In this document: positions 26,707 to 32,829 of the stretch, piece after piece | How the letters are laid out: the number at the start of each line of letters is the position of its first letter | Position numbering within the stretch: the first letter of the stretch is position 1 | From: a virus | Reading direction: 5' to 3' (one strand) | DNA length: 35,332 bases | IMG/VR virus record: IMGVR_UViG_3300045988_168292 | Location: 1-35,332 of that record | Translations under genes and position numbers: made by a program | The notes under the pieces: model-generated | What the model was told of the DNA's origin: nothing | Database searches by the model: none | Seen by the model: the letters and a program-made list of their open reading frames with translations, nothing else

Positions 26707-27178
26707 TTTTATCCCAACTCCTTAATAACGAATTTATTTCATTTTCTGATTTAGTTTCTATATTCAAACTTTCTGCTAATTCAACTAATAAATTTATTAA
26801 TAAGCTCATTTCTTTTGTGTTATATGTTGAACTTCCATAATAGCAATTTACTCTTATACATTTATCTTTTCTGCTAACCTCTTGAACTATAAAACCTAGG
26901 CCTTGTCTGCTCCAGATTCTTTCAAAATTTTCAAATGCTTTTTCTTCTATTATCATTGGTTCAAAAGAACCTATTTGCGTTATTGCATCTTTGTAAACTA
27001 TTTCTTTTGTTGTGACAGTTCCATCTTTTGATAATTCTTTTGCTATCTTGTCACATAATACCCAGCAATAAGCATTAGCATTTAAACTTCTTTTTTCTTT
27101 AAATTCTTTCAATTCAAATTGTTTGTCTTTTGTTTGTTCTATTAAGTAAGTTATTAATTTGTTTGCAGTTCCTACCAT
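26684..27178 (-). CDS. NinB/Orf-family-like recombination mediator (start taken at the ATG at 27178; track ORF extends to 27220)
   Basis: EKRSLNANAYCWVLCDKIAKEL resembles the lambda NinB RSLDQNRKLWACLGDVS motif. AGGAGG lies 4 nt upstream of 27178. Confidence 0.5.
   Translation of the reverse strand: MVGTANKLITYLIEQTKDKQFELKEFKEKRSLNANAYCWVLCDKIAKELSKDGTVTTKEIVYKDAITQIGSFEPMIIEEKAFENFERIWSRQGLGFIVQEVSRKDKCIRVNCYYGSSTYNTKEMSLLINLLVELAESLNIETKSENEINSLLRSWDKSGNKRFK
27157..27178. repeat. 22-bp direct repeat, copy A (atttgtttgcagttcctaccat)
   Basis: Identical to 27358-27379. It covers the start codon of the NinB-like gene. Confidence 0.9.
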
Positions 27179-27186
27179 ATTGCCTC

Positions 27187-27342
27187 CTAAAATAAAAAGT
27201 TGATACTGTTTTCGTAACATTTTTCTGATTCTTCTATTTTTTTCATTCTTTCTAATAATTTGTTAATACTTATTTCAATAGATAATTCTTCTTGTTGTTC
27301 TATATCTTGTTTTAGATGTTCCCACATTTTTTTATAATTCAT
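27187..27342 (-). CDS. Small hypothetical protein (51 aa) enclosed by the 22-bp repeats
   Basis: Sequence is MNYKKMWEHLKQDIEQQEELSIEISINKLLERMKKIEESEKCYENSINFLF. RBS is AGAGGGG. Confidence 0.5.
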   Translation of the reverse strand: MNYKKMWEHLKQDIEQQEELSIEISINKLLERMKKIEESEKCYENSINFLF

Positions 27343-27357
27343 AATTAACCCCTCTTT

Positions 27358-27379
27358 ATTTGTTTGCAGTTCCTACCAT
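27358..27379. repeat. 22-bp direct repeat, copy B
   Basis: Identical to 27157-27178. It covers the stop codon of the exonuclease gene. Confidence 0.9.
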
Positions 27380-27942
27380 GGAAATACCCCATTTTTTAAG
27401 CAATTTGTTAGTATTTCTAATTTAGGTAAATATTCTTCTTTTATAAAATCTTCATCATATGTAATTGGTATCATTTCAATTCTTGTTTTATCAATTTCAT
27501 TAAAATAATTAATATAATCTTTTGGTCCTAAACTATAAGCAACTATATATAAATTATGAATATTGCTTGCATACATTTCTACTTGTGCTTGTCTCCAGTA
27601 TTGTTTTGATACTTTAAAAATCTTTTCTAGCTTGTGTGTTTTTACTTCATAAATACAAGTATTTGTATTTCCATCTAAATTAACTCTTAATCTCTCTATT
27701 ATTATTTGCTTGTCCTTTTCTAAATCTTCAATATTTAATGCATCTAATATTTTATGTTCATAGTTATTCCCTGCTTTTGTTGCTTCTGTAGAAAAATTGT
27801 TTTTATTTAGTCCTAACTTCTCTAACCACCATTTTTCGAATGTTTTTGTTTTCCAGTTTCCTACAACCATACTTGTATCTGAAGCTCCTATGTAATAACT
27901 CCTATCTTGACTTTGTATCAATGTTTGATAAGTCTCTTTCAA
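27373..27942 (-). CDS. YqaJ-like (PD-(D/E)XK) recombination exonuclease
   Basis: YYIGASDTSMVVGNW..KTFEKWWLEKLG N-terminal motif plus a D..EVKT core. It follows the annealase gene. Confidence 0.65.
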   Translation of the reverse strand: MKETYQTLIQSQDRSYYIGASDTSMVVGNWKTKTFEKWWLEKLGLNKNNFSTEATKAGNNYEHKILDALNIEDLEKDKQIIIERLRVNLDGNTNTCIYEVKTHKLEKIFKVSKQYWRQAQVEMYASNIHNLYIVAYSLGPKDYINYFNEIDKTRIEMIPITYDEDFIKEEYLPKLEILTNCLKNGVFPW

Positions 27943-28549
27943 AATTACTTAAAGTATCAAAATAACTAAATAGTGCTTTTATTTCATCTTCTGTTTTGTG
28001 AAGTCTTTCTGCTATTTCTTTTACTGATAAACCTTGCTTTAATTTTTGTGTATATATTTGTTGACATCTTTCTTTAATTTTAAATATATCGTGTTTTGAT
28101 AAATCATCTTCCCAATTATCTTTATCACTTTTTAATTCATCTTTTAGCCATAAATCAAATCCTAGTCCTGTTCTTATTGCAACACCTTTAACAAATAATC
28201 TAGTTTGACAATTCCATAATCTTTGTTGAGACATTGAGTTGTCTTTAACTGGATTTGAACCATTTGTAACAGGTCCTCTTTGAATAAACTCTAAATCATC
28301 TATTACAATTCTTACTGCTGTTTCATATACTTGATTTATATTTCCTTTACTGTCTTTAAATTCTTTTTCGGTCATATACAGACTACTTCCAGTCAATTCA
28401 TTTACAACTGGTTCAAAATATACTCTTTCTGCTCCGTTTTCATGTAATAAATCAACAACTTTTGCCCAATTCAAATAATCTGCTTTATCTCTTTTTTCTG
28501 TCCATTTGCTAACATCTATTTCCCTCAATTCTTCATAACTTTTTAACAT
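27902..28549 (-). CDS. Single-strand annealing protein, Sak3/DUF1071 type
   Basis: IDVSKWTEKRDKADYLNWAKVV resembles the Sak3 N-terminal signature (DVSKH.EKK..LSYLSWAWA). It is paired with the exonuclease. Confidence 0.6.
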   Translation of the reverse strand: MLKSYEELREIDVSKWTEKRDKADYLNWAKVVDLLHENGAERVYFEPVVNELTGSSLYMTEKEFKDSKGNINQVYETAVRIVIDDLEFIQRGPVTNGSNPVKDNSMSQQRLWNCQTRLFVKGVAIRTGLGFDLWLKDELKSDKDNWEDDLSKHDIFKIKERCQQIYTQKLKQGLSVKEIAERLHKTEDEIKALFSYFDTLSNFERDLSNIDTKSR

Positions 28550-28568
28550 TATTTTTACCTCCCACTAA

Positions 28569-28778
28569 CTAAAATTGGCTTGCCCAATATTCATTTTCTA
28601 AATCTCTTTGTTCTTTTGCTTCCATTTCAGAAACTCTTTTTTCTAGCTCGTCTCTTTCGTCTATGTATTGAAATTTAAGTGCTTGTATATCTTCTAATAT
28701 GTCTTTTTCTGTTGTTTCACTCTCTAATGTATCTAAACTTAAAATTAAATTATCTAATTGATAATATCTTTCTTTCAT
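28569..28778 (-). CDS. Hypothetical acidic protein (start at 28778; track ORF extends to 28793)
   Basis: AAGGAGG lies 5 nt upstream of the ATG at 28778. Confidence 0.55.
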   Translation of the reverse strand: MKERYYQLDNLILSLDTLESETTEKDILEDIQALKFQYIDERDELEKRVSEMEAKEQRDLENEYWASQF

Positions 28779-28792
28779 TTTTCCTCCTTGCA

Positions 28793-28829
28793 ATTCTCAT
28801 TAAATTATGTTAATATAATTAATGAGAAT
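28793..28829. repeat. Perfect 11-bp inverted repeat (attctcattaa / ttaatgagaat), 15-nt spacer
   Basis: Read directly from the intergenic region of the early operon. Confidence 0.8.
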
Positions 28830-28855
28830 ATTTATATATGTATTTTTTGTTTGAA

Positions 28856-29116
28856 TTAGTTGTTTGATTGGTAGTCCTCAACTAATTCTTTCATTTTGTC
28901 TAAAATTACTTTTTCATTGTTGTATTTATTACAACTAACTAGACTTTTAATTCTGTCTATTAATTCTTTTTGTTCTTCATTTTCAAATCTTAAATCTTTG
29001 TTTTCATTATGTACTGCTAAATTTTCTTTGTTTAAGTCTCTAACTTGTCTTGCAAGTTCTACATTTCTTTTGTTTAACTTGTCTATTTTTTCAATATTTC
29101 TAATTGTTTTAAACAT
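28856..29116 (-). CDS. Hypothetical coiled-coil protein
   Basis: 86 aa with an AAAGGAGTG RBS. Confidence 0.6.
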   Translation of the reverse strand: MFKTIRNIEKIDKLNKRNVELARQVRDLNKENLAVHNENKDLRFENEEQKELIDRIKSLVSCNKYNNEKVILDKMKELVEDYQSNN

Positions 29117-29201
29117 TTTTTACACTCCTTTAATCTTAATTTTAATTCTGCTAATGTTATAATGTGATATATGTAGCATTTATCTAGCTTGTCCATTTGT
29201 T

Positions 29202-29230
29202 TTCACTTTCTTTCTCTTTTGTGTTATAAT
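29202..29230 (+). promoter_or_regulatory. Promoter with extended -10 (TGtTATAAT) for the plus-strand small gene
   Basis: TG at 29222-29223 and TATAAT at 29225-29230. A weak -35 (TTCACT) lies 17 nt upstream. Confidence 0.5.
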
Positions 29231-29254
29231 TGCCTCGAAAGTGAGGTGATTAAT

Positions 29255-29401
29255 ATGTCTAATGCTGAAATCGCTAAAGATATTATTGTAGCTTTAATTG
29301 GCAATAATAATGACAAGTTTTTTGCAGACCCTCAATCTGCCGAATTAGCTGCCCAAAGCTATGAAATTATCTTTAACAAAGTTAAAGAATTAAATAAATA
29401 A
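29255..29401 (+). CDS. Small counter-oriented protein (48 aa)
   Basis: Sequence is MSNAEIAKDIIVALIGNNNDKFFADPQSAELAAQSYEIIFNKVKELNK. RBS is GTGAGGTGA. A hairpin follows it. Confidence 0.6.
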   Translation: MSNAEIAKDIIVALIGNNNDKFFADPQSAELAAQSYEIIFNKVKELNK

Positions 29402-29417
29402 TTTTTTATAGTCCGCT

Positions 29418-29540
29418 TTACTCGCAATTTAGCGGATTATTTATTACTTTTATTAATCCCATTGCCATTGACGTTGCTTCTCCATCTTGTATTAATTCTC
29501 TTATTTTTTCATTAATTAATTTTAATGTTTCTTCTTCCAT
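29418..29540 (-). CDS. Small hypothetical protein (40 aa)
   Basis: Sequence is MEEETLKLINEKIRELIQDGEATSMAMGLIKVINNPLNCE. AAGGAGGAAGT RBS. Confidence 0.5.
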   Translation of the reverse strand: MEEETLKLINEKIRELIQDGEATSMAMGLIKVINNPLNCE

Positions 29541-29549
29541 ACTTCCTCC

Positions 29550-29672
29550 TTATCTCATTAAAAATCCTATAAAAATAGCTGTAAAATATCCTACAACTCC
29601 TATAAATGCTATTACATCTCTAATGCCATTTTTATATGCTCTCTTGTATATTGCTTTTTCTCTTTTACTCAT
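29550..29672 (-). CDS. Small membrane protein (40 aa)
   Basis: Sequence is MSKREKAIYKRAYKNGIRDVIAFIGVVGYFTAIFIGFLMR. AAAGGAGGAA RBS. Confidence 0.55.
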   Translation of the reverse strand: MSKREKAIYKRAYKNGIRDVIAFIGVVGYFTAIFIGFLMR

Positions 29673-29688
29673 CTTTTGTTCCTCCTTT

Positions 29689-29892
29689 CTATCTAAAATA
29701 CTGTTGCATTATTTCAAATGCTTTGTCTAAATTTACTGCTTTTCCTTTTTCTCCTGTTTTTATTACTGCTTCTTTAAACTCTGGTTTGTCTAAAATTCTA
29801 TATGCTTGTGCTTTGCTTATTGCAAATTGCTCTGCAAAATCTTTTACTTTTACATATTTAGCCCTACTTCTACTGCATAAGTTTGTCGCCAT
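29689..29892 (-). CDS. Small HTH DNA-binding protein (excisionase/MerR-like HTH_17 type)
   Basis: VKVKDFAEQFAISKAQAYRILDKPEF helix-turn-helix. It has its own consensus promoter upstream. The track ORF starts at the GTG at 29901. Confidence 0.55.
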   Translation of the reverse strand: MATNLCSRSRAKYVKVKDFAEQFAISKAQAYRILDKPEFKEAVIKTGEKGKAVNLDKAFEIMQQYFR

Positions 29893-29918
29893 ATTCTTCA
29901 CTTCCTTTCTTTTTCTAT

Positions 29919-29947
29919 ATTTTACATATTTTCTTTTTAGTTGTCAA
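29919..29947 (-). promoter_or_regulatory. Sigma-A-type promoter TTGACA-17-TAAAAT (minus strand)
   Basis: Plus-strand tgtcaa at 29942-29947 and atttta at 29919-29924, separated by a 17-nt spacer. Confidence 0.6.
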
Positions 29948-29976
29948 GAGTTTTTGTCTTCCTTTTTTATTAAATT

Positions 29977-30204
29977 TTAATTGTTATTGTTCGTTCTACT
30001 GACATTAGAATTTAAAAAAATATCATCCTTTTTATAGTTTAATATTTTTTTTATATTTAAAGCTACTTCTAAGGATGGAGCAACATTCCCTTTTTCATAC
30101 CCTGTATATGTTGTTCTTGCTACTTTTAATTCATTTGCCATTTGCTCTTGTGTATATCCTTTTTTTGTTCTAATTTCTATAAGTTTTTCTCTCACTTTTT
30201 TCAC
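29977..30204 (-). CDS. Cro-like XRE-family HTH regulator
   Basis: KGYTQEQMANELKVARTTYTGYEKGNVAPSLEVALNIKKIL. It is divergent from the repressor gene. GTG start at 30204 or 30195. Confidence 0.8.
   Translation of the reverse strand: MKKVREKLIEIRTKKGYTQEQMANELKVARTTYTGYEKGNVAPSLEVALNIKKILNYKKDDIFLNSNVSRTNNNN
29993..30007. promoter_or_regulatory. Operator-like repeat GTTCTaCTGACATTA (copy 1)
   Basis: 14 of 15 positions identical to 30217-30231. It lies inside the 3' end of the cro-like gene. Confidence 0.45.
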
Positions 30205-30216
30205 CTCTCTTTGTTT

Positions 30217-30231
30217 GTTCTGCTGACATTA
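30217..30231. promoter_or_regulatory. Operator-like repeat GTTCTgCTGACATTA (copy 2), overlapping the -10 of the lytic promoter
   Basis: Shares the CTGACA(T/G)TA core with 29993-30007 and 30303-30311. An inverted TGACAGT copy lies within 30246-30258. Confidence 0.5.
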
Positions 30232-30256
30232 TATTCTATGTTTGTTTGACTGTCAA
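30228..30256 (-). promoter_or_regulatory. Early lytic promoter, perfect TTGACA-17-TATAAT (minus strand)
   Basis: Plus-strand tgtcaa at 30251-30256 and attata at 30228-30233. Confidence 0.75.
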
Positions 30257-30295
30257 TACTTTTTTTAAAATTTTTTGATTTTCTTTTGTAATTGT

Positions 30296-30324
30296 TTGCA
30301 AAACTGACAGTACAATGCTATAAT
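30296..30324 (+). promoter_or_regulatory. Repressor promoter TTGCAA-17-TATAAT with palindrome ACTGACAGT in the spacer
   Basis: ttgcaa at 30296-30301, tataat at 30319-30324, actgacagt at 30303-30311. Confidence 0.7.
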
Positions 30325-30345
30325 TTACTTGAAAGGAGTGCTTTT

Positions 30346-30699
30346 ATGAGTTTCGGAAATAATTTAAAAAAAATTAGGCAAGATAACCAAATAACACAAG
30401 AAGAACTTGCTAAAAAGATTAATACATCTCGTTCTAATATTGCTAATTATGAAAATGATAAGAATATGCCATCTATCGAAATTTTAAATAAATTATCTGA
30501 AATCTTTAATTGTTCTACTGATTATTTATTAGGTAAAACCGACGTTAGAAACCCAGGTCAAAAAATAGACGATGTGTTAAATGAAGCAATGATAGGTATG
30601 TCAAAAAAAGATTATGACGGATTAACAGATACTCAAAAAAAACAAATTAGAGATTTTGCCATATTTGTAAAAGAACAAAAATCAAAAGGAGAAAATTAA
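30346..30699 (+). CDS. CI/ImmR-like XRE-family repressor (start at 30346; track ORF starts at 30292)
   Basis: NQITQEELAKKINTSRSNIANYENDKNMPSIEILNKLSEIFNCSTDYLLGKTD. RBS is GAAAGGAGTG. TAATG overlap with the immA-like gene. Confidence 0.85.
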   Translation: MSFGNNLKKIRQDNQITQEELAKKINTSRSNIANYENDKNMPSIEILNKLSEIFNCSTDYLLGKTDVRNPGQKIDDVLNEAMIGMSKKDYDGLTDTQKKQIRDFAIFVKEQKSKGEN

Positions 30700-31052
30700 T
30701 GAATTTAGATTCTTTATATGATATTGCCAATAAAGAAAAAATTAAAATCTACGATTGGTATATAGAAGATTGTCATGGTATTTATTTGAATTATGATAAA
30801 ATAAATGCTATCGCACTTAATTATGATAAGTTAGGAACCTATATCGAAGAAAAATGCACTTTGGCAGAAGAATTAGGCCACTTTTATATGGATGCTACTT
30901 ACCCCGCTTCTTGTACTGATAAAGCTCTCATCGACAAACAAGAATATCGTGCAAAGAAATGGTCTTATTATGTGCTTATTCCATTCGAGAATTTACACAG
31001 AGCAATTTTAAGTCGGAATCAATACAATTTATGCTTTAGCAGATTATTTTGA
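30699..31052 (+). CDS. ImmA/IrrE-family (M78) metallopeptidase-like protein, apparently frameshifted near 31011-31016
   Basis: Its position directly after the XRE repressor and before int matches the immR-immA-int order. The motif is AEELGHFYMD where HEXXH is expected. The ORF ends in out-of-family sequence. Confidence 0.6.
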   Translation: MNLDSLYDIANKEKIKIYDWYIEDCHGIYLNYDKINAIALNYDKLGTYIEEKCTLAEELGHFYMDATYPASCTDKALIDKQEYRAKKWSYYVLIPFENLHRAILSRNQYNLCFSRLF

Positions 31053-31119
31053 GGTTACAGTTGAATATATGCAAAATGCAATTAATTTTTATAAAGATAA
31101 ATATGGTTTTATATACTAA
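31012..31119 (+). pseudogene. Out-of-frame C-terminal remainder of the immA-like gene
   Basis: The +1 frame reads GINTIYALADYFEVTVEYMQNAINFYKDKYGFIY*, a typical ImmA-like C-terminal helix pair. Confidence 0.55.
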
Positions 31120-31120
31120 G

Positions 31121-31151
31121 GATAAGTTGAAATACACTTATCTTATTTTTT
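31121..31151 (+). terminator. Hairpin plus T-run between immA-like gene and int
   Basis: Stem is gataagt / acttatc, followed by ttatttttt. Confidence 0.5.
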
Positions 31152-31163
31152 AAGGAGGAAATT

Positions 31164-32282
31164 ATGCCTAAATATAAAGATATGAATTATACCGTTAGAA
31201 AAGATGGAAGATTAATGAAAAAAGTAACAATAAATAGTAAGCCTATATACATCTATTCTAATGAACCATCTGATTTATACAATCAGTATATCGATTTGAA
31301 ATATAAAGGTAATAATGGAATACTAATTGATAACAATAATATTACTTTTAAGCAATATGCAGAAAAATGGTTTGAAATAAATTGTTCTCTTAGAGAAATT
31401 GCTACACAAGATTCCATTAAAAATAGAATTAATCATTTGAATGAGTATATAGGAAATATAAAATTAAAAAACTTGAAAAATCATCATATTAAAGAAATTG
31501 TTACTGATTTATCTAAAAAAGGATACACGGATTTAACTAAACGTTCTTTAGCAGAATGTAAAAGAATTTTAAATGATGCAGTTATAAATGATGTCATATC
31601 TAAAAATGTTGCTTTAGGAATAAATTCTCCAAAATTTCCTAAAACAGAAAGAAAGCCTCTAACTCAATCTGAGGACTTAAAAGTTTTTAATTTAGCCTTA
31701 ACTCATAAATATGGTTTGTTTATTTTATTACTTAGATATTGTGGCTTGAGACCAGAAGAAGCTGTAGCTTTAACTATAAGAGATATTGATTTAAGTAATA
31801 AACGTTTAAATATTAACAAAGCTGTATCTCTTGCAAGAAATCAACCTGTAAAAAAGCCTACTAAAAATTTAAAGAACAGAAAAGTTCCTATTCCAGATTT
31901 TTTAATACAGTTATTATCTGAACGATTAGCTTATTGTTCTGAGAATAAAATTGAATATGTTTTTACTAAAGAAACTAATAAGTATGCTATGTTGACAAAA
32001 CAAGCTTTAAAAACTCATTTAGATTCTTTTCTAACTGCTCTAAATAAAAATATAGAAAATGAAGATGATAAAATAAAATTTTCTTATTATCAATTAAGAC
32101 ATTCTTATTGTACAATGTTATACTATGCAGGAGTTAAAATAAAAAAAGCCCAAGAATTAATGGGGCATTCTTCTGCAGATATGGTTTATGATGTATATAC
32201 TCATCTGGATGAAGAAAGAGAAAATGCAGATAAATTAATAAATGATTACATCTCCAAAAGTATAGCAAAAAGTTGTCAATAA
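31164..32282 (+). CDS. int: Tyrosine recombinase / phage integrase
   Basis: 372 aa with an N-terminal SAM-like domain. Catalytic region is GLRPEEAVAL...YQLRHSYCTMLYYAG...MGHSSADMVYDVYTHL (R..HxxR..Y). AAGGAGG RBS. Confidence 0.9.
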   Translation: MPKYKDMNYTVRKDGRLMKKVTINSKPIYIYSNEPSDLYNQYIDLKYKGNNGILIDNNNITFKQYAEKWFEINCSLREIATQDSIKNRINHLNEYIGNIKLKNLKNHHIKEIVTDLSKKGYTDLTKRSLAECKRILNDAVINDVISKNVALGINSPKFPKTERKPLTQSEDLKVFNLALTHKYGLFILLLRYCGLRPEEAVALTIRDIDLSNKRLNINKAVSLARNQPVKKPTKNLKNRKVPIPDFLIQLLSERLAYCSENKIEYVFTKETNKYAMLTKQALKTHLDSFLTALNKNIENEDDKIKFSYYQLRHSYCTMLYYAGVKIKKAQELMGHSSADMVYDVYTHLDEERENADKLINDYISKSIAKSCQ

Positions 32283-32291
32283 AGTTGTCAA
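32269..32291 (+). repeat. Two direct arm-type repeats AAAGTTGTCAA (P arm of attP)
   Basis: Copies at 32269-32279 and 32281-32291, overlapping the int stop codon. Confidence 0.7.
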
Positions 32292-32302
32292 TTCAAAAAT
32301 TA

Positions 32303-32340
32303 ATCCCTTGTATTCTTACATACAAGGGATTTTTAAGTTT
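32303..32340 (+). terminator. Intrinsic terminator of int
   Basis: 10-bp stem atcccttgta / tacaagggat, followed by ttttaagttttt. Confidence 0.8.
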
Positions 32341-32351
32341 TTCGATTTTTT

Positions 32352-32391
32352 CCTTACCAAGGCTGCACTCTACCAACTGAGCTATGCAGGC
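32352..32391 (-). other. attP core candidate: 40-nt 5' half of a tRNA-Thr(GGU) gene (not a complete tRNA)
   Basis: The minus strand parses as GCCTGCA TA GCTC AGTTGGTA GAGT G CAGCC TTGGTAA GG. That is acceptor, D arm and anticodon stem-loop. The match to tRNA stops 2 nt into the 3' anticodon stem. Confidence 0.65.
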
Positions 32392-32422
32392 ATATTAGTG
32401 TTTTTCAGCTTGTTTCATATAT

Positions 32423-32433
32423 TTGACAACTTT
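32423..32433 (-). repeat. Arm-type repeat, inverted copy (TTGACAACTTT)
   Basis: Exact reverse complement of AAAGTTGTCAA, 32 bp from the core. A degenerate direct copy lies at 32448-32457. Confidence 0.65.
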
Positions 32434-32489
32434 TGTATTGTTCAATTTAGTTGTCTATTTTTTCTCATTTGACTATATTTTTTCATTAA

Positions 32490-32511
32490 AAAGTTGTCAA
32501 AAAGTTGTCAA
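32490..32511 (+). repeat. Two tandem arm-type repeats AAAGTTGTCAA (P' arm)
   Basis: Exact copies at 32490-32500 and 32501-32511. Confidence 0.7.
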
Positions 32512-32568
32512 AAATTATGTTTTAATATTATATCATTCCGTTATTTTTGTCAATTATTATAATAAATT

Positions 32569-32579
32569 TTAACAACTTT
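32569..32579 (-). repeat. Arm-type repeat, inverted copy with one mismatch (TTAACAACTTT)
   Basis: 10 of 11 positions match the reverse complement of the arm motif. Confidence 0.5.
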
Positions 32580-32590
32580 TACACTTATTG

Positions 32591-32710
32591 TTAATTAAGT
32601 ACAAATAATTTAATATAACCTATATTTGCATTATAATATTTACATATGCAATAATAGCTTTCTAAAACTTTTTCATCTAATTCTTTTACTACTTCTTCTA
32701 ATTCTTCCAT
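32591..32710 (-). CDS. Small hypothetical protein (39 aa from the ATG at 32710; track ORF extends to 32785)
   Basis: GGAGG lies 5 nt upstream of the ATG at 32710. The upstream part of the track ORF contains a TATAAT flanked by a 9-bp inverted repeat (32745-32753 / 32780-32788). Confidence 0.4.
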   Translation of the reverse strand: MEELEEVVKELDEKVLESYYCICKYYNANIGYIKLFVLN

Positions 32711-32791
32711 ACATTCCTCCATAAAATTTGACAAATTTAATTTTAGATTGTATATTATATGTAGTTGATTATGTATAACATACAATCTTCC

Positions 32792-32829
32792 GAGATAGTT
32801 TCGAGTTGCAGTCGAGCTATCTCTTTTTT
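32792..32829 (+). terminator. Plus-strand intrinsic terminator-like hairpin plus T6
   Basis: gagatag..tcga / tcga..ctatctc stem with small bulges and a 7-nt loop, then tttttt. Confidence 0.55.

Noticed and set aside
29189-30345. Long N-terminal extensions offered by the ORF track for the 48-aa gene (from 29189) and the repressor (from 30292).
   Set aside because: The extensions are hydrophobic nonsense overlapping the promoters. Internal ATGs at 29255 and 30346 have well-spaced GGAGG-type RBSs and give canonical N-termini.
32352-32391. Possible functional tRNA gene.
   Set aside because: Only 40 nt (acceptor 5' strand through the anticodon loop) match tRNA structure. There is no 3' anticodon stem, T arm or acceptor 3' strand, so it is an att-site fragment and not a gene.
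32269-32579. Short repeats (AAAGTTGTCAA) considered as a CRISPR-like array.
   Set aside because: The repeats are 11 bp, occur in both orientations with irregular spacing, and flank a tRNA fragment next to int. This is attP arm-site architecture. No cas genes are present.
32591-32829. Type I toxin-antitoxin idea: a small ORF on the minus strand with an antisense plus-strand RNA ending at the 32792-32829 terminator.
   Set aside because: The 39-aa product has an acidic helical N-terminus and no transmembrane segment. No plus-strand promoter could be identified. The terminator is better explained as insulation against read-through from the attP/host side.
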